Below are positions 1 to 9,270 of a stretch of DNA of 53,493 bases, piece after piece. This DNA is from Thermoplasmatales archaeon SG8-52-3 (GTDB lineage: Archaea; Thermoplasmatota; E2; DHVEG-1): contig LSSG01000075.1 of the NCBI GenBank assembly GCA_001595915.1, positions 1-53,493 on the forward strand, read 5' to 3'. Both the position numbers and the translations under genes were made by a program. The number at the start of each line of letters is the position of its first letter. Positions within the stretch are counted from its first letter, which is position 1. A model generated the notes under the pieces. That model searched no databases. It was not told the origin of the DNA and worked only from the letters and a program-made list of their open reading frames with translations.

Positions 1-1
1 T

Positions 2-370
2 ACACAACAACCTATCAATACTTTTTTTTAAATCCATGAATTCAAAAGGTTTTGTAATATAATCTTCTACAACAATTCCACCAAATGTTTTACTGAAAGG
101 ATCAGATTTTGCAGTTAGAAAAATTACTGGGATATTTTTCCATTTAGGATTTTTCTTAAGTTCGGCTGCAACATCCCATCCACTGATTCCAGGCATCATT
201 ACATCAAGTAGTATTATATCTGGCAATTTTTTATTTTTTAATAACTTAAGACATTTCTCCCCATTTTCAACACTTAAAATCTTGTAATTTGAATCCAAAA
301 CCTCAAATCTTTTTTTAACAGTATAAATTATATCAGGATCATCATCTACAACCAAAATTGTTTTTTTCAT
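2..370 (-). CDS. Single-domain response regulator (CheY-like receiver), 3' end runs off the window
   Basis: Not in ORF track. Manual translation from ATG at 370: MKKTILVVDDDPDII...PDIILLDVMMPGISGWDV...IPVIFLTAK...DYITKPF, with the acidic pocket, phospho-Asp, Thr and KPF motifs of REC domains. Confidence 0.92.
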   Translation of the reverse strand, partial: MKKTILVVDDDPDIIYTVKKRFEVLDSNYKILSVENGEKCLKLLKNKKLPDIILLDVMMPGISGWDVAAELKKNPKWKNIPVIFLTAKSDPFSKTFGGIVVEDYITKPFEFMDLKKSIDRLLC

Positions 371-562
371 TCATCCCTTTCCTATGATATATCTACTAAC
401 TTTTTTTTATTTAAAAATATTTCTAATAATAAAAATTAATTATTTTTTGAAATTAAAATATTCAATAAATGAGATTTTAAATATATTTAAATTAATGATT
501 TATTTTTGATTATGATTACTAAAAGTTTATTTATACTTTTAAAATATCCTCTAAGACAATAG

Positions 563-1321
563 ATGGGATTAAAAAATATTTATAAAAAAATCTTCTTCCT
601 TTCGATATTATTTATAATTTATTCAATAATTATCCAACCAATAACACAAGCAGAAAACTACTATGCAGATGTTACAATAGAAGTGGATTCTTCTGGTTTT
701 GTAACAATTGATGGTATAACAAATCATCCAGATTTATTGATAGAAAATTCAGATATTTATACTTCCAAAAAACAAAGTTATTGGTTGTTAAATATAACAA
801 AAGAAGATGTTTTTTCTGATTTTATTTATGATTTAAGTTTACCAAGTGGTTCATCTATAAACTACATAAAATCTTCAGGATTTATTAGTATAGAAGAAAA
901 TGAAGGTAATTTATTTATTAAGGGTTTTGGAGATAATGAATCTTTTTCAATATTAGTGCAATACCAAATAGAAAAATTAATAGAAAATCAAAAACTAGAA
1001 TTAGATTTTATATTTATTTTTTTAATTTTCCTGATAGTTATTGTAACTATATTTTTAATTATTTTTTTAATAAAAGATAAAAGAATTGTTAATCAACCAA
1101 AAACTAATGAAAATAATTTCAGGGGTTTGAATCAACGTCAAAAAGAAATTATGAATTTTTTAATTAATAAGGATACAGCTGTAACACAAACAGAAATTCA
1201 AAGGGAATTAAATATCCCAAAGGCAGCTGTTTCAAGAAATATTCGTGGATTAGAACTTAAAGGATTAATAGAAAAAGAACAAATTGGTATGTCTAATTTA
1301 ATTAGAATTAAGAAACAATAA
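563..1321 (+). CDS. Membrane-anchored winged-helix transcriptional regulator (extracellular domain, TM, C-terminal HTH; COG2512-like)
   Basis: N-terminal signal/TM, beta-rich middle, TM ~aa149-170, C-terminal LNQRQKEIMNFL...TQTEIQRELNIPKAAVSRNIRGLELKGLIEK wHTH. Confidence 0.8.
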   Translation: MGLKNIYKKIFFLSILFIIYSIIIQPITQAENYYADVTIEVDSSGFVTIDGITNHPDLLIENSDIYTSKKQSYWLLNITKEDVFSDFIYDLSLPSGSSINYIKSSGFISIEENEGNLFIKGFGDNESFSILVQYQIEKLIENQKLELDFIFIFLIFLIVIVTIFLIIFLIKDKRIVNQPKTNENNFRGLNQRQKEIMNFLINKDTAVTQTEIQRELNIPKAAVSRNIRGLELKGLIEKEQIGMSNLIRIKKQ

Positions 1322-1330
1322 TTTTTACTG

Positions 1331-1374
1331 TATGTTCCGGTTTGTTCCGCTATTTTTCGGTTAAAATTTATAAG
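1331..1374 (+). promoter_or_regulatory. Three 10-bp-period direct repeats followed by a TATA box upstream of ORF 1429
   Basis: tatgttccgg / tttgttccgc / tatttttcgg (1331-1360), then TTTATAAG at 1367-1374. Confidence 0.5.
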
Positions 1375-1428
1375 CTGTTTCAAACAAATTACAATTAAAG
1401 ATTTGAAAATTGAAAAGGTGTTGAAAAA

Positions 1429-2319
1429 ATGAAAAAAATATCAACTCTATTGATTATGCTGATGATATTAATCTCAATTTCATCATTAGCAATAGCAGAT
1501 GAAGGCGAAGAAAAACCTGGTGAAGAAGAGGAATATGAAGAAGAATCTGATGGTGAAAATGAAACAGAAGATATAGATATTGAAAATGAGACTGAAGATT
1601 TAGACTTAGATAATGAGACTGAAGATTTGGATCCTGAAAATGAAACAGTAAAACAAATAGAAATAATGAATAATTCGTTAGGTTGTGAAATAAGATTATT
1701 GCAACTTGAAAAAGCAATAATAAAGAACCTATTAAAAGGTGAAATGGCTGTTGAGGTTTTAAAGGGTCTTGATTATAACACTACAACTTTAGAAGAAATA
1801 CTTTCTGAAATGAAGTCGTTACTAGAAGAAGTTAGAGCAGTAAATACAAGCTCCAATGGATCTGTAGTTTTATTTGTTGAATTAAAAAGTCAAGCAATAA
1901 ATCTTACAAAACAATTTAGAGAAGCAATTAAAGATTTATTAGATGGTGAAAAACTAAAAGAGATTAGAGAAAGAATCAGGGAAATGATGAGTGATGAATT
2001 AGAAAACTGCAGTAAGATGATAAGAAACAAAATAAAGCAATTCAACAAAAATCAATTACACAAGTTATATGGTATAATAGGTGATGTAAACAACTCTTTT
2101 ATTGAAGAATATTTAAATGGAAATGTTTCACTTGCAGAATTAAAAATACAGATTAGTAAAACAATAAATCAGATGAATAGAGAAAGAAAATATGAAATAT
2201 TTTCCGAAATAAAAGAGGGAAATATTAAGAAAAAGATACATGCACAAGCATCTATTGATGATATGAAAAACAAGGGTCATGGAAAAGATAATGGAAAAGG
2301 CAATGGCAAAGGTAAATAA
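1429..2319 (+). CDS. Secreted hypothetical protein: acidic repeat N-terminus, helical body, G/K-rich tail
   Basis: Signal peptide MKKISTLLIMLMILISISSLAIA; ENETEDxDx repeats; C-terminal GHGKDNGKGNGKGK; AAGGTG RBS upstream. Confidence 0.75.
   Translation: MKKISTLLIMLMILISISSLAIADEGEEKPGEEEEYEEESDGENETEDIDIENETEDLDLDNETEDLDPENETVKQIEIMNNSLGCEIRLLQLEKAIIKNLLKGEMAVEVLKGLDYNTTTLEEILSEMKSLLEEVRAVNTSSNGSVVLFVELKSQAINLTKQFREAIKDLLDGEKLKEIRERIREMMSDELENCSKMIRNKIKQFNKNQLHKLYGIIGDVNNSFIEEYLNGNVSLAELKIQISKTINQMNRERKYEIFSEIKEGNIKKKIHAQASIDDMKNKGHGKDNGKGNGKGK
1555..1647 (+). repeat. 27-nt coding tandem repeat, 3 full units plus a partial ([ED]NETED[IL]Dx)
   Basis: gaaaatgaaacagaagatatagatatt / gaaaatgagactgaagatttagactta / gataatgagactgaagatttggatcct / gaaaatgaaaca. 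Confidence 0.85.
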
Positions 2320-2340
2320 TCTAGGAGATAGTGATAACTT

Positions 2341-2547
2341 ATGAATAAAAAAATTATCTCAATTGTCTTTCTTTTAATTATCCTTGTTTCATTAGTAGTT
2401 GTTTATAGTTTTTACAATAAATCTTCAACAGATGAAGATCATTACGATAACTCTTATGGAACTATTGATGATAATGTTGTTTCAGAGGAAATAGATGATA
2501 TTTTCATTGATGACGATGATGAGATAGAAATTGGAGAAATGGTTTAG
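2341..2547 (+). CDS. Small membrane-anchored acidic protein
   Basis: GGAG RBS; N-terminal TM followed by D/E-rich tail ending DDDDEIEIGEMV. Confidence 0.7.
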   Translation: MNKKIISIVFLLIILVSLVVVYSFYNKSSTDEDHYDNSYGTIDDNVVSEEIDDIFIDDDDEIEIGEMV

Positions 2548-2567
2548 ATTCCCATCCCTTCTCTCTC

Positions 2568-2584
2568 TTTTTTTTTATTTTTTT
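2568..2584 (+). terminator. Oligo-T archaeal terminator
   Basis: Long T tract right after the 1429-2547 genes, before a convergent gene. Confidence 0.45.
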
Positions 2585-2611
2585 AAAAAAATGTTTGATT
2601 AACTCTCATAG

Positions 2612-4201
2612 TTATTTTTTACAATAATCTGGATCACAAGTTTTTTCAGTTTTAGAAGGAACCGGTATTCCAGCAAGTCGCATCATAGGAATTGTTGCTT
2701 TTTTTCCATGTTTCCATCGAGCATAAAGCCAATGGGTTAAGAAAAACATTGGCCCATAAATCCATTTCAGGTCAGGAGTCCAGAAATCTATATTGTTCTT
2801 CCAGCATTTTGATAAAATCTCCCATTGTAACTGAGTTAGATTGTTTAGATTTGTTCTATGATGATTACCAAGCACTGCCTCTTTTAATGGGATGAAAAGA
2901 ACAGGTGTATAGAACATTTTTGCATTATGGTTTCTTAAATCATCAATTAAATCAAGTGTTGCTCTTACGTCATCATCTGTTTCTTCTGGTTGACCTGTCA
3001 TAATTGTACATAAAGGCCACCAATCATGATCATTCATAAGTCCAACTCCTTCTATCACTAGCTCAGGCCATTTATCAACACTATAAGGAAGTGCTTTTCC
3101 TTTCATGTATTTTTTCATAAGACGAACACTTCCTGTTTCTATCCCTACTTCAACAGATATGAAGGGTTGCTTGTATGTTTTGCTTGTACTTGGACGCCAT
3201 TTTGTCTTTTCAATCAAAATTGGTGTTAATTCCTCAAGTATTTTTTTATCATAAATTATTGGTGCAAAAGAAGCATGAGATAAAAGAATATTTTCAACCC
3301 CAGGATAGTTTGCAATTGTTTTATACAGTTTTACAATTTCTTTTCTATTTGGTTTAAATCCTTGTTTTGATTTATATAGAAATAAATCTTCAGTAACAGT
3401 AAAAATTGATTTTGATCCTTCTTTAATATTGATTTCTACTTCTTTCATAATATGATCAAGTGAAAATGAATATTTCGTCCGCATTGTAGGACTACAGAAT
3501 TGGCAGCCTCTACCGCATCCCCTAGTTATTTCAACCATTCCATATGATGCAGAATGTCTAATTATTGGAATTTCCTCTTTTTTAGGCTTTTTTGCAGTAT
3601 AATATGAAGGAACCTTCTTTCCATCTAAAATATTTTTAAAAATATCAATAAGATTATGCTCTGCTTCACCTTGGAAAATTAAATCAATGCCAAGCTCTTC
3701 TTGTGCATTAATTTCGCTAATTTGCCAGGAACCTTGTCCACCAACAACAACTTTTGGTTTATATTTTTGAATGGATGGGTGAGTTACTAGTTTTTTAAAT
3801 TCTGAAGAATTTAATGCCTCTCCTCCGAATCCTATTAATGAATTATATGTTGTAGAAACATAGGCAAGGCCTAATGGATCCATAGTTGATATTCCAACAA
3901 TTTTTGTCTTTTTACCGATAAAATTACTAAGATTATCATAATGTGAAACTACAACATTTTCCTCGCCAAATTGATTTACAAGAATTGCTTCTATTTTCCT
4001 AAGCCCATAAATTGTTTGTTTAGCTGATCCATCTTTATTACTTTCTAGATTATTTAGATGCTCCTTTAACATACGACTGGATATTTTTTTTGGAAATGTA
4101 CAAATAAATGCCATAAATGGATTATTATCATAATGATTAGCTTCGGCTCGAGATGCTGTAAGAACTATTGGATATCCATTTTCTTCATTATTTTGTGGCA
4201 T
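2612..4201 (-). CDS. Radical SAM protein with N-terminal B12-binding-like domain (COG1032-like)
   Basis: EITRGCGRGCQFC CxxxCxxC motif; VVVGGQG and FQGEAE; GIETGS; TGQPEET. Confidence 0.85.
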   Translation of the reverse strand: MPQNNEENGYPIVLTASRAEANHYDNNPFMAFICTFPKKISSRMLKEHLNNLESNKDGSAKQTIYGLRKIEAILVNQFGEENVVVSHYDNLSNFIGKKTKIVGISTMDPLGLAYVSTTYNSLIGFGGEALNSSEFKKLVTHPSIQKYKPKVVVGGQGSWQISEINAQEELGIDLIFQGEAEHNLIDIFKNILDGKKVPSYYTAKKPKKEEIPIIRHSASYGMVEITRGCGRGCQFCSPTMRTKYSFSLDHIMKEVEINIKEGSKSIFTVTEDLFLYKSKQGFKPNRKEIVKLYKTIANYPGVENILLSHASFAPIIYDKKILEELTPILIEKTKWRPSTSKTYKQPFISVEVGIETGSVRLMKKYMKGKALPYSVDKWPELVIEGVGLMNDHDWWPLCTIMTGQPEETDDDVRATLDLIDDLRNHNAKMFYTPVLFIPLKEAVLGNHHRTNLNNLTQLQWEILSKCWKNNIDFWTPDLKWIYGPMFFLTHWLYARWKHGKKATIPMMRLAGIPVPSKTEKTCDPDYCKK

Positions 4202-4382
4202 ATTTATCAGATTTTCTTATTAATAATTACAATTTAAAACGGGAAATATAAGAATTATTTATTAATGTTGAGTTTTTTATTTTTAATCTTTAAATATTTA
4301 ATAAAAAGATAATTTTGATAATTAATATATAATAAAACTTATATACATATTAAATTAATATAAGTAGAATATTGGTGTTGTT

Positions 4383-5360
4383 ATGAAGAAAAAATACATA
4401 TTTCTTGCAATAATTGGAACATATTTATTTTTTATATTATCTTCACCTATTGGTCTAGCAATTTCTTCAGAAATTGCTTTTGATATAAAGGAAAAAGAGA
4501 TAATTGAACCAATTCAACCATCTGAATCAAAAGAAATCACTTTCAAGGTTAAATATAGATTAGAATTGGGCACCTTAGGTAAGATGTTTTATTTAAATCG
4601 AAGGATAGGAAGGGTTCTTGCCTTTGGTTTTTTACAATTTTACTTTTTTAAAATTATTAAAAAAATACCACCGGCAACATTAAATCTAACTATTCAAAAA
4701 CCAGATTGGTGTGAAGCAGAATTAAATAAATATGAAGTTGAATTAAGCTATAATAATGAATATGAGGAAGCAGACGTCAAATTATCATTTTCATTAAATG
4801 AAGATGCACCAGCATTTGAAAAAGAAGATATTATCATAAAAGCAGATTTTCTTGGAATTGGTAGTATTGGTGCTTCATTTAACTCTACTAATATCACTTT
4901 TATGTCAGCGTATATATCAAATATATCAGTTGAAGCAGTAGATAATTTTACAATTACTCCATTAAAAGAAATAGAAATTCCAATAAATGTAACAAACAAT
5001 GGAAATGGACAAACAAAAGTAAATATATTAGATTTGGAAAAAGATAATTGGAATATCAGTTCCGAACAGGATAACATAATTGATGTAGGTGAAACAAAGG
5101 AAATAATTATAAATATTAAGGCTCCAAAGAAGTTTGAAAATGAAACAATAACTTTTACATTAGAATCTATCTCAACAGTTGAAACGGTAAATGAGACATA
5201 TAGAAAGGGAGATAATGTTGAGTTTAGTATTACATTTTATAACGATAAAAGTCTTGAAGACGATGATAATGGTATTGATATAACAATTATAATCATCATC
5301 GCTTTTGTTATAATAATAATTCTTGTAATTTTTTTCCTTCTACTTAGAAAAAAAGAATAA
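4383..5360 (+). CDS. Cell-surface protein with Ig-like (CARDB/NEW3-like) domains and C-terminal TM anchor
   Basis: Signal peptide; INVTNNGNG...IDVGETKEIIINIKAP pattern; hydrophobic C-terminus followed by RKKE. Confidence 0.65.
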   Translation: MKKKYIFLAIIGTYLFFILSSPIGLAISSEIAFDIKEKEIIEPIQPSESKEITFKVKYRLELGTLGKMFYLNRRIGRVLAFGFLQFYFFKIIKKIPPATLNLTIQKPDWCEAELNKYEVELSYNNEYEEADVKLSFSLNEDAPAFEKEDIIIKADFLGIGSIGASFNSTNITFMSAYISNISVEAVDNFTITPLKEIEIPINVTNNGNGQTKVNILDLEKDNWNISSEQDNIIDVGETKEIIINIKAPKKFENETITFTLESISTVETVNETYRKGDNVEFSITFYNDKSLEDDDNGIDITIIIIIAFVIIIILVIFFLLLRKKE

Positions 5361-5426
5361 ATTTTTGTTTATTCTTTTTTCTATAAAATTTTATAATGAA
5401 TTATTTTATACATTTTTTTCCTGATT

Positions 5427-6098
5427 ATGAATAATGAAAATATATATTTTGATGAAATCTTTGTATTACTTAAAAAAGTTATAATAAAATATTCCGCTCC
5501 TGTTTTATCAAAAAAGAAATTAGAAGATGTAGTTCACACACCATTTACTACACTAATTTCTTGTTTACTAAGTTTGAGAACAAAAGACGAGGTAACTGAA
5601 CTGGCTTCAAAAAGACTTTTAAAAAAATATAATACTCCGCAAAAAATTGTAAAACTACCAATTACTGAAATCCAAAAATTGATTTTTCCAGTTGGTTTTT
5701 ACAAAACAAAAGCAAAACGAATAAAAGAAATTTCAAAGATACTAATTGAAGAATTTAATGGCGAGGTTCCAGAAAAATTTGATGAATTATTAAAACTAAA
5801 AGGTGTTGGAAGAAAAACTGCAAATATTGTAATGGTTTATGGACATAAAAAGAAGGGTTTTTTACCAATAGATACACATTGTCATAGAATTCCAAATAGA
5901 CTTGGATGGATAAAAACAAAAACACCAGAACAAACCGAAATAGAATTAAGAAAAATTCTTCCTTACAAATATTGGGATGACTTTAATCATCTGTTTGTAA
6001 AATTTGGTCAAATAATATGTGTACCTATTTCACCATTTTGTAGTAAATGTCCAATAAATAAATATTGTAAAAAAATATCTGTTAATAAAAGCCGGTAA
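5427..6098 (+). CDS. nth: Endonuclease III (HhH-GPD DNA glycosylase/AP lyase)
   Basis: LLSLRTKD, Hh[17 protein letters not shown] catalytic Asp, C-x6-C-x2-C-x5-C Fe-S motif. Confidence 0.93.
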   Translation: MNNENIYFDEIFVLLKKVIIKYSAPVLSKKKLEDVVHTPFTTLISCLLSLRTKDEVTELASKRLLKKYNTPQKIVKLPITEIQKLIFPVGFYKTKAKRIKEISKILIEEFNGEVPEKFDELLKLKGVGRKTANIVMVYGHKKKGFLPIDTHCHRIPNRLGWIKTKTPEQTEIELRKILPYKYWDDFNHLFVKFGQIICVPISPFCSKCPINKYCKKISVNKSR

Positions 6099-6201
6099 CT
6101 CTTTGGAATTTATTTTATTTATTTTAAATCTGTCCTTAAAAATAATCGATTAATTTATTAACGAAATTAATATTCTTTTTTCTGTTAATAGAGCGGATGG
6201 G

Positions 6202-6534
6202 ATGCAGAGTGATAATCTTAAAACTTTTTCAAGAGAAAACATAAGACCTTTGGTTATTAGATCTCTAAGAAGAAGTAATATAAGGAAAAAAATTGCTGAT
6301 TATCTTTTCGAGATTTGTCCTAATGGTAGTTATACTTCAGAGATAGCATACAATATTAAAACGACTCCAACAAATGTAATCGGTGCAATTAGAGGAATGG
6401 GTTCAAGATATAAAGCAGAAGAATCACTAATTTCATTGGAAGTTGTAGAGCAAGTAAAAAATAATTCAAATATTAAACTATATAAAATAACTGATTTTGG
6501 AAAGGAAATTGTTGAATCTCTAAAAATCAAGTAA
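6202..6534 (+). CDS. earA: Archaellum operon transcriptional activator, EarA family
   Basis: IRSLRRSNIRKKI..YL..I.P.GSY.SEIA......PTNVIGAIRGMGSRY....SLI.L..V......KLYKITDFG matches the EarA/COG3373 wHTH pattern; 2 kb upstream of archaellins. Confidence 0.85.
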   Translation: MQSDNLKTFSRENIRPLVIRSLRRSNIRKKIADYLFEICPNGSYTSEIAYNIKTTPTNVIGAIRGMGSRYKAEESLISLEVVEQVKNNSNIKLYKITDFGKEIVESLKIK

Positions 6535-6539
6535 TCTTA

Positions 6540-6755
6540 TTATATTTCCCTACCTCTTCTATTTTTTTCAAACATAGTTGTTACCCAGCTTTCTTCAACT
6601 TGATCCATATTACCATCTTCATATTGAACAGTAAGCCATCTACTTGGAGCTGGATATGTATTTACTACTCTTGCTTTTTTTTCTGGGATATCTGGATCTA
6701 TTGGATTTTTAACAAAAACTTCAATCCCTCTTCTAATTCCTCTATCTTTTAGCAA
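6540..6755 (-). CDS. Small basic hypothetical protein, possible SH3/Tudor-like beta barrel
   Basis: GGAGG 8 nt before TTG start; strand pattern VFVK / KARVVN / WLTVQYEDG / DQVEESWV. Confidence 0.65.
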   Translation of the reverse strand: MLKDRGIRRGIEVFVKNPIDPDIPEKKARVVNTYPAPSRWLTVQYEDGNMDQVEESWVTTMFEKNRRGREI

Positions 6756-6845
6756 TTATTTCCCCTCCATTTTTCATTCATTATATAATGTTACTATCAT
6801 ATATAAATATTTAAATAAGAAATATGACGAAATTTAAATATTGAT

Positions 6846-7412
6846 ATGTTATTTCAAAAAATTGAGGTGGGTAATATTAAATTAAAATTTTGTACTTTAA
6901 TATTTTATGTAATAATATTATCATTTATTTTTTCTTGTTTTTTATTTGAATATTGTAAAGCAAAAGAAAATTCCTATGACATTTCAATAATAGGTGAACC
7001 TACATATAAACTCTCAAACACCTTTGAAAAAAATGGAAGGATACTTGGTAAAACTTTTCAAATAGATATTAAAATGAGTAATACTGGAGCAATTAAATCT
7101 GATGAAATTGAAATAAACCTTACAGATCAAGAAGGATTTATGCTTTCTCAGAAAACATTTTTTGAAGCAGGACAAACTAAAACAGTTTCATTTAATTGGT
7201 CAACAATGAAGATTATTAATCAAGAATTAATTGTTTATTATTATCCATCAGATATTGGTACTCTATGGAATAAATATAACAGTGGTCAAAGAACTTTTAC
7301 AATAAAAGTTTCAGATAATAGTGTACCGTCAACAAGTACTCCAGGTTTTGAAATATTTCTATTATTTACTGCAATTATTTGTATAATTTTTATATTGAAT
7401 AAAAAGAATTAA
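6846..7412 (+). CDS. Surface protein with CARDB-like domain and PGF-CTERM archaeosortase signal (start uncertain)
   Basis: N-terminal hydrophobic signal; MSNTG...GQTKTVSFNW; C-terminal STSTPGFEIFLLFTAIICIIFILNKKN. Confidence 0.8.
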   Translation: MLFQKIEVGNIKLKFCTLIFYVIILSFIFSCFLFEYCKAKENSYDISIIGEPTYKLSNTFEKNGRILGKTFQIDIKMSNTGAIKSDEIEINLTDQEGFMLSQKTFFEAGQTKTVSFNWSTMKIINQELIVYYYPSDIGTLWNKYNSGQRTFTIKVSDNSVPSTSTPGFEIFLLFTAIICIIFILNKKN

Positions 7413-7831
7413 CTTTTTTCTTCAACAACAATTTTCACAAAATCTACTTGTGATGATTTTTCACCTGAATATCTTATTATATTTGCAGGAGATACACCTT
7501 GTTCTGTCCAACCTTTTGGAATATATATTTCCTTTGGACCTTCTCTAGTTAATAAAATACCTTCTTTATCATAGAATTCTGCATATACATAGATATCAAT
7601 ATTTCTGTTTAAAATATTACGAAATCTATACTCAACTTCGATACTGAGTATAATACCCGCATCATCTTTATTGAAATTTATTTTTGAATATACAAGTTCA
7701 GCTATATCAGATTCAAATAATATGTTTTTATCAAGATTGTTCTTAGAAGATGTACCTTGTTGTTGACATCCACTTAAAAAAATGGATATAAAAATAACTG
7801 ATATACCTAAAAAATAAATAATTTTTTTCAT
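7409..7831 (-). CDS. Lipoprotein, FxLYD-like domain
   Basis: Lipobox FLSGC after hydrophobic signal; AEFYDKEG motif. Confidence 0.7.
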   Translation of the reverse strand: MKKIIYFLGISVIFISIFLSGCQQQGTSSKNNLDKNILFESDIAELVYSKINFNKDDAGIILSIEVEYRFRNILNRNIDIYVYAEFYDKEGILLTREGPKEIYIPKGWTEQGVSPANIIRYSGEKSSQVDFVKIVVEEKS

Positions 7832-7964
7832 AATTTATCCCATCCTTTTTATTCTTCACCTTTAATCCGTATTTATTTTTATAATTATAATGTTTACCAT
7901 GGTTGTTATATTTATTAACCAAAATTTCATACTGGACATAAATTAATTTTATTGAGGAATTATA

Positions 7965-8390
7965 ATGGTTGATTTTAATAATTCGGAAGTTGTTAGACAT
8001 ATTCTACAAACATTAATTAACTTATCAGGTAGAAAAACCACAAAAAAACAAGCCATTTCAACAATGTATGAATTAATAAAAAATCTAGAAGATAAATACG
8101 ATTTCTTAAAACATATTGAAATTAAGGATACTAGATTTTTGGAAACAGAGGAACCTGTCTCTGTTATGTCTGATATAAATAGTGTTAAATTAAATGATGT
8201 TGGAAAGGCTTTATATGATATAATTAAAAAAATGAATTCAAATTTAGGTAGACAAGCTGGATATTTTTTTATTAAAGAGTTAAAAAATAACATAGGGGAA
8301 AATTATTTTTCTGTTATGGAAGAAATGGGATTAAACTTTGGTCTTATGCAATTGGAATTTGAAGTAAATGTAATGTCAAAAAAATTATAA
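7965..8390 (+). CDS. Hypothetical helical cytoplasmic protein directly upstream of the archaellins
   Basis: GAGG RBS; 141-aa soluble ORF; no recognised family. Confidence 0.7.
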   Translation: MVDFNNSEVVRHILQTLINLSGRKTTKKQAISTMYELIKNLEDKYDFLKHIEIKDTRFLETEEPVSVMSDINSVKLNDVGKALYDIIKKMNSNLGRQAGYFFIKELKNNIGENYFSVMEEMGLNFGLMQLEFEVNVMSKKL

Positions 8391-8466
8391 ATGAATTTTT
8401 TACTCCAACTATTTTTAAAGTATTTTTATTATTAGATAATAATATTATGAATTTATAATTGTATAA

Positions 8467-8526
8467 ATATCTGCGTATATACCTGCATATGTATCTGATA
8501 ATACACTTGCTCATAAAGTATAAAAG
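8467..8526 (+). promoter_or_regulatory. Archaellin promoter: four 12-bp imperfect direct repeats then TATA box
   Basis: atatctgcgtat / atacctgcatat / gtatctgataat / acacttgctcat (8467-8514), includes TATGTA at 8488-8493; TATAAAAG at 8519-8526. Confidence 0.6.
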
Positions 8527-8601
8527 TGTACCAGTAATTAAAGAGAATCAGCACTCTAAAAGTTGTTTGAAATTACAACTAATAGGAGGGATGTGAAGTA
8601 G

Positions 8602-9255
8602 ATGGGAAATAAAATACGTAGAATATTAAAGGAAAATAAAGGAAGCATTGGAATAGGCGCGATGATAGTCTTTATCGCAATGGTTCTTGTCGCTGGTATT
8701 GCTGCATCTGTTTTGATTCAAACTAGTACTACGCTTGAATCACGTGCATTAGCAACAGGGCGAGAAACCACTGTAGAGGTTTCAACTGGTGTACATGTTG
8801 TTGGAATATCTGGTAATAATAGTTCAGGTGTAATACAGCATCTAGCTATTATGATTAGAACTAGAGCAGGATCTGAAGAAATTGACCTGGCTCAAACCGT
8901 TATAGAAATATCAAATTCTTCAACGAAAAACTTCTTGACTTACGATGATTCCACTTGTATATTAGCAGATTGGATAAATGGTACAATATTTAATGATTCT
9001 AATTATCCAGCAGATGCAACGCACTTTACAGTAATAGTTTTAGAGGATGCTGATGGTTCGTGTAGTTCACCAAATAGTGCTGTAATCAATTCTGGGGATT
9101 ATGTAATACTTGGTGTAAATACACAACAGTGTTTCAATGGTCTGACTCCAAGACAAGACATCTGGGGATTAGTGATTCCAGAGGACGGTTCACCTGGTGT
9201 GATTCATTTTAGATGTCCATCATCGTTTACGGAGGATGTAATAGAATTACAATAA
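8602..9255 (+). CDS. flaB: Archaellin 1
   Basis: Class III signal [32 protein letters not shown]; RAGSEEIDL; INSGD; PEDGSPG. Confidence 0.95.
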   Translation: MGNKIRRILKENKGSIGIGAMIVFIAMVLVAGIAASVLIQTSTTLESRALATGRETTVEVSTGVHVVGISGNNSSGVIQHLAIMIRTRAGSEEIDLAQTVIEISNSSTKNFLTYDDSTCILADWINGTIFNDSNYPADATHFTVIVLEDADGSCSSPNSAVINSGDYVILGVNTQQCFNGLTPRQDIWGLVIPEDGSPGVIHFRCPSSFTEDVIELQ

Positions 9256-9270
9256 GGAGGGTGAAAAAAC

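Noticed and set aside
1555-1647. 27-nt repeats as a CRISPR array
   Set aside because: No spacers, in-frame coding repeats, no cas genes
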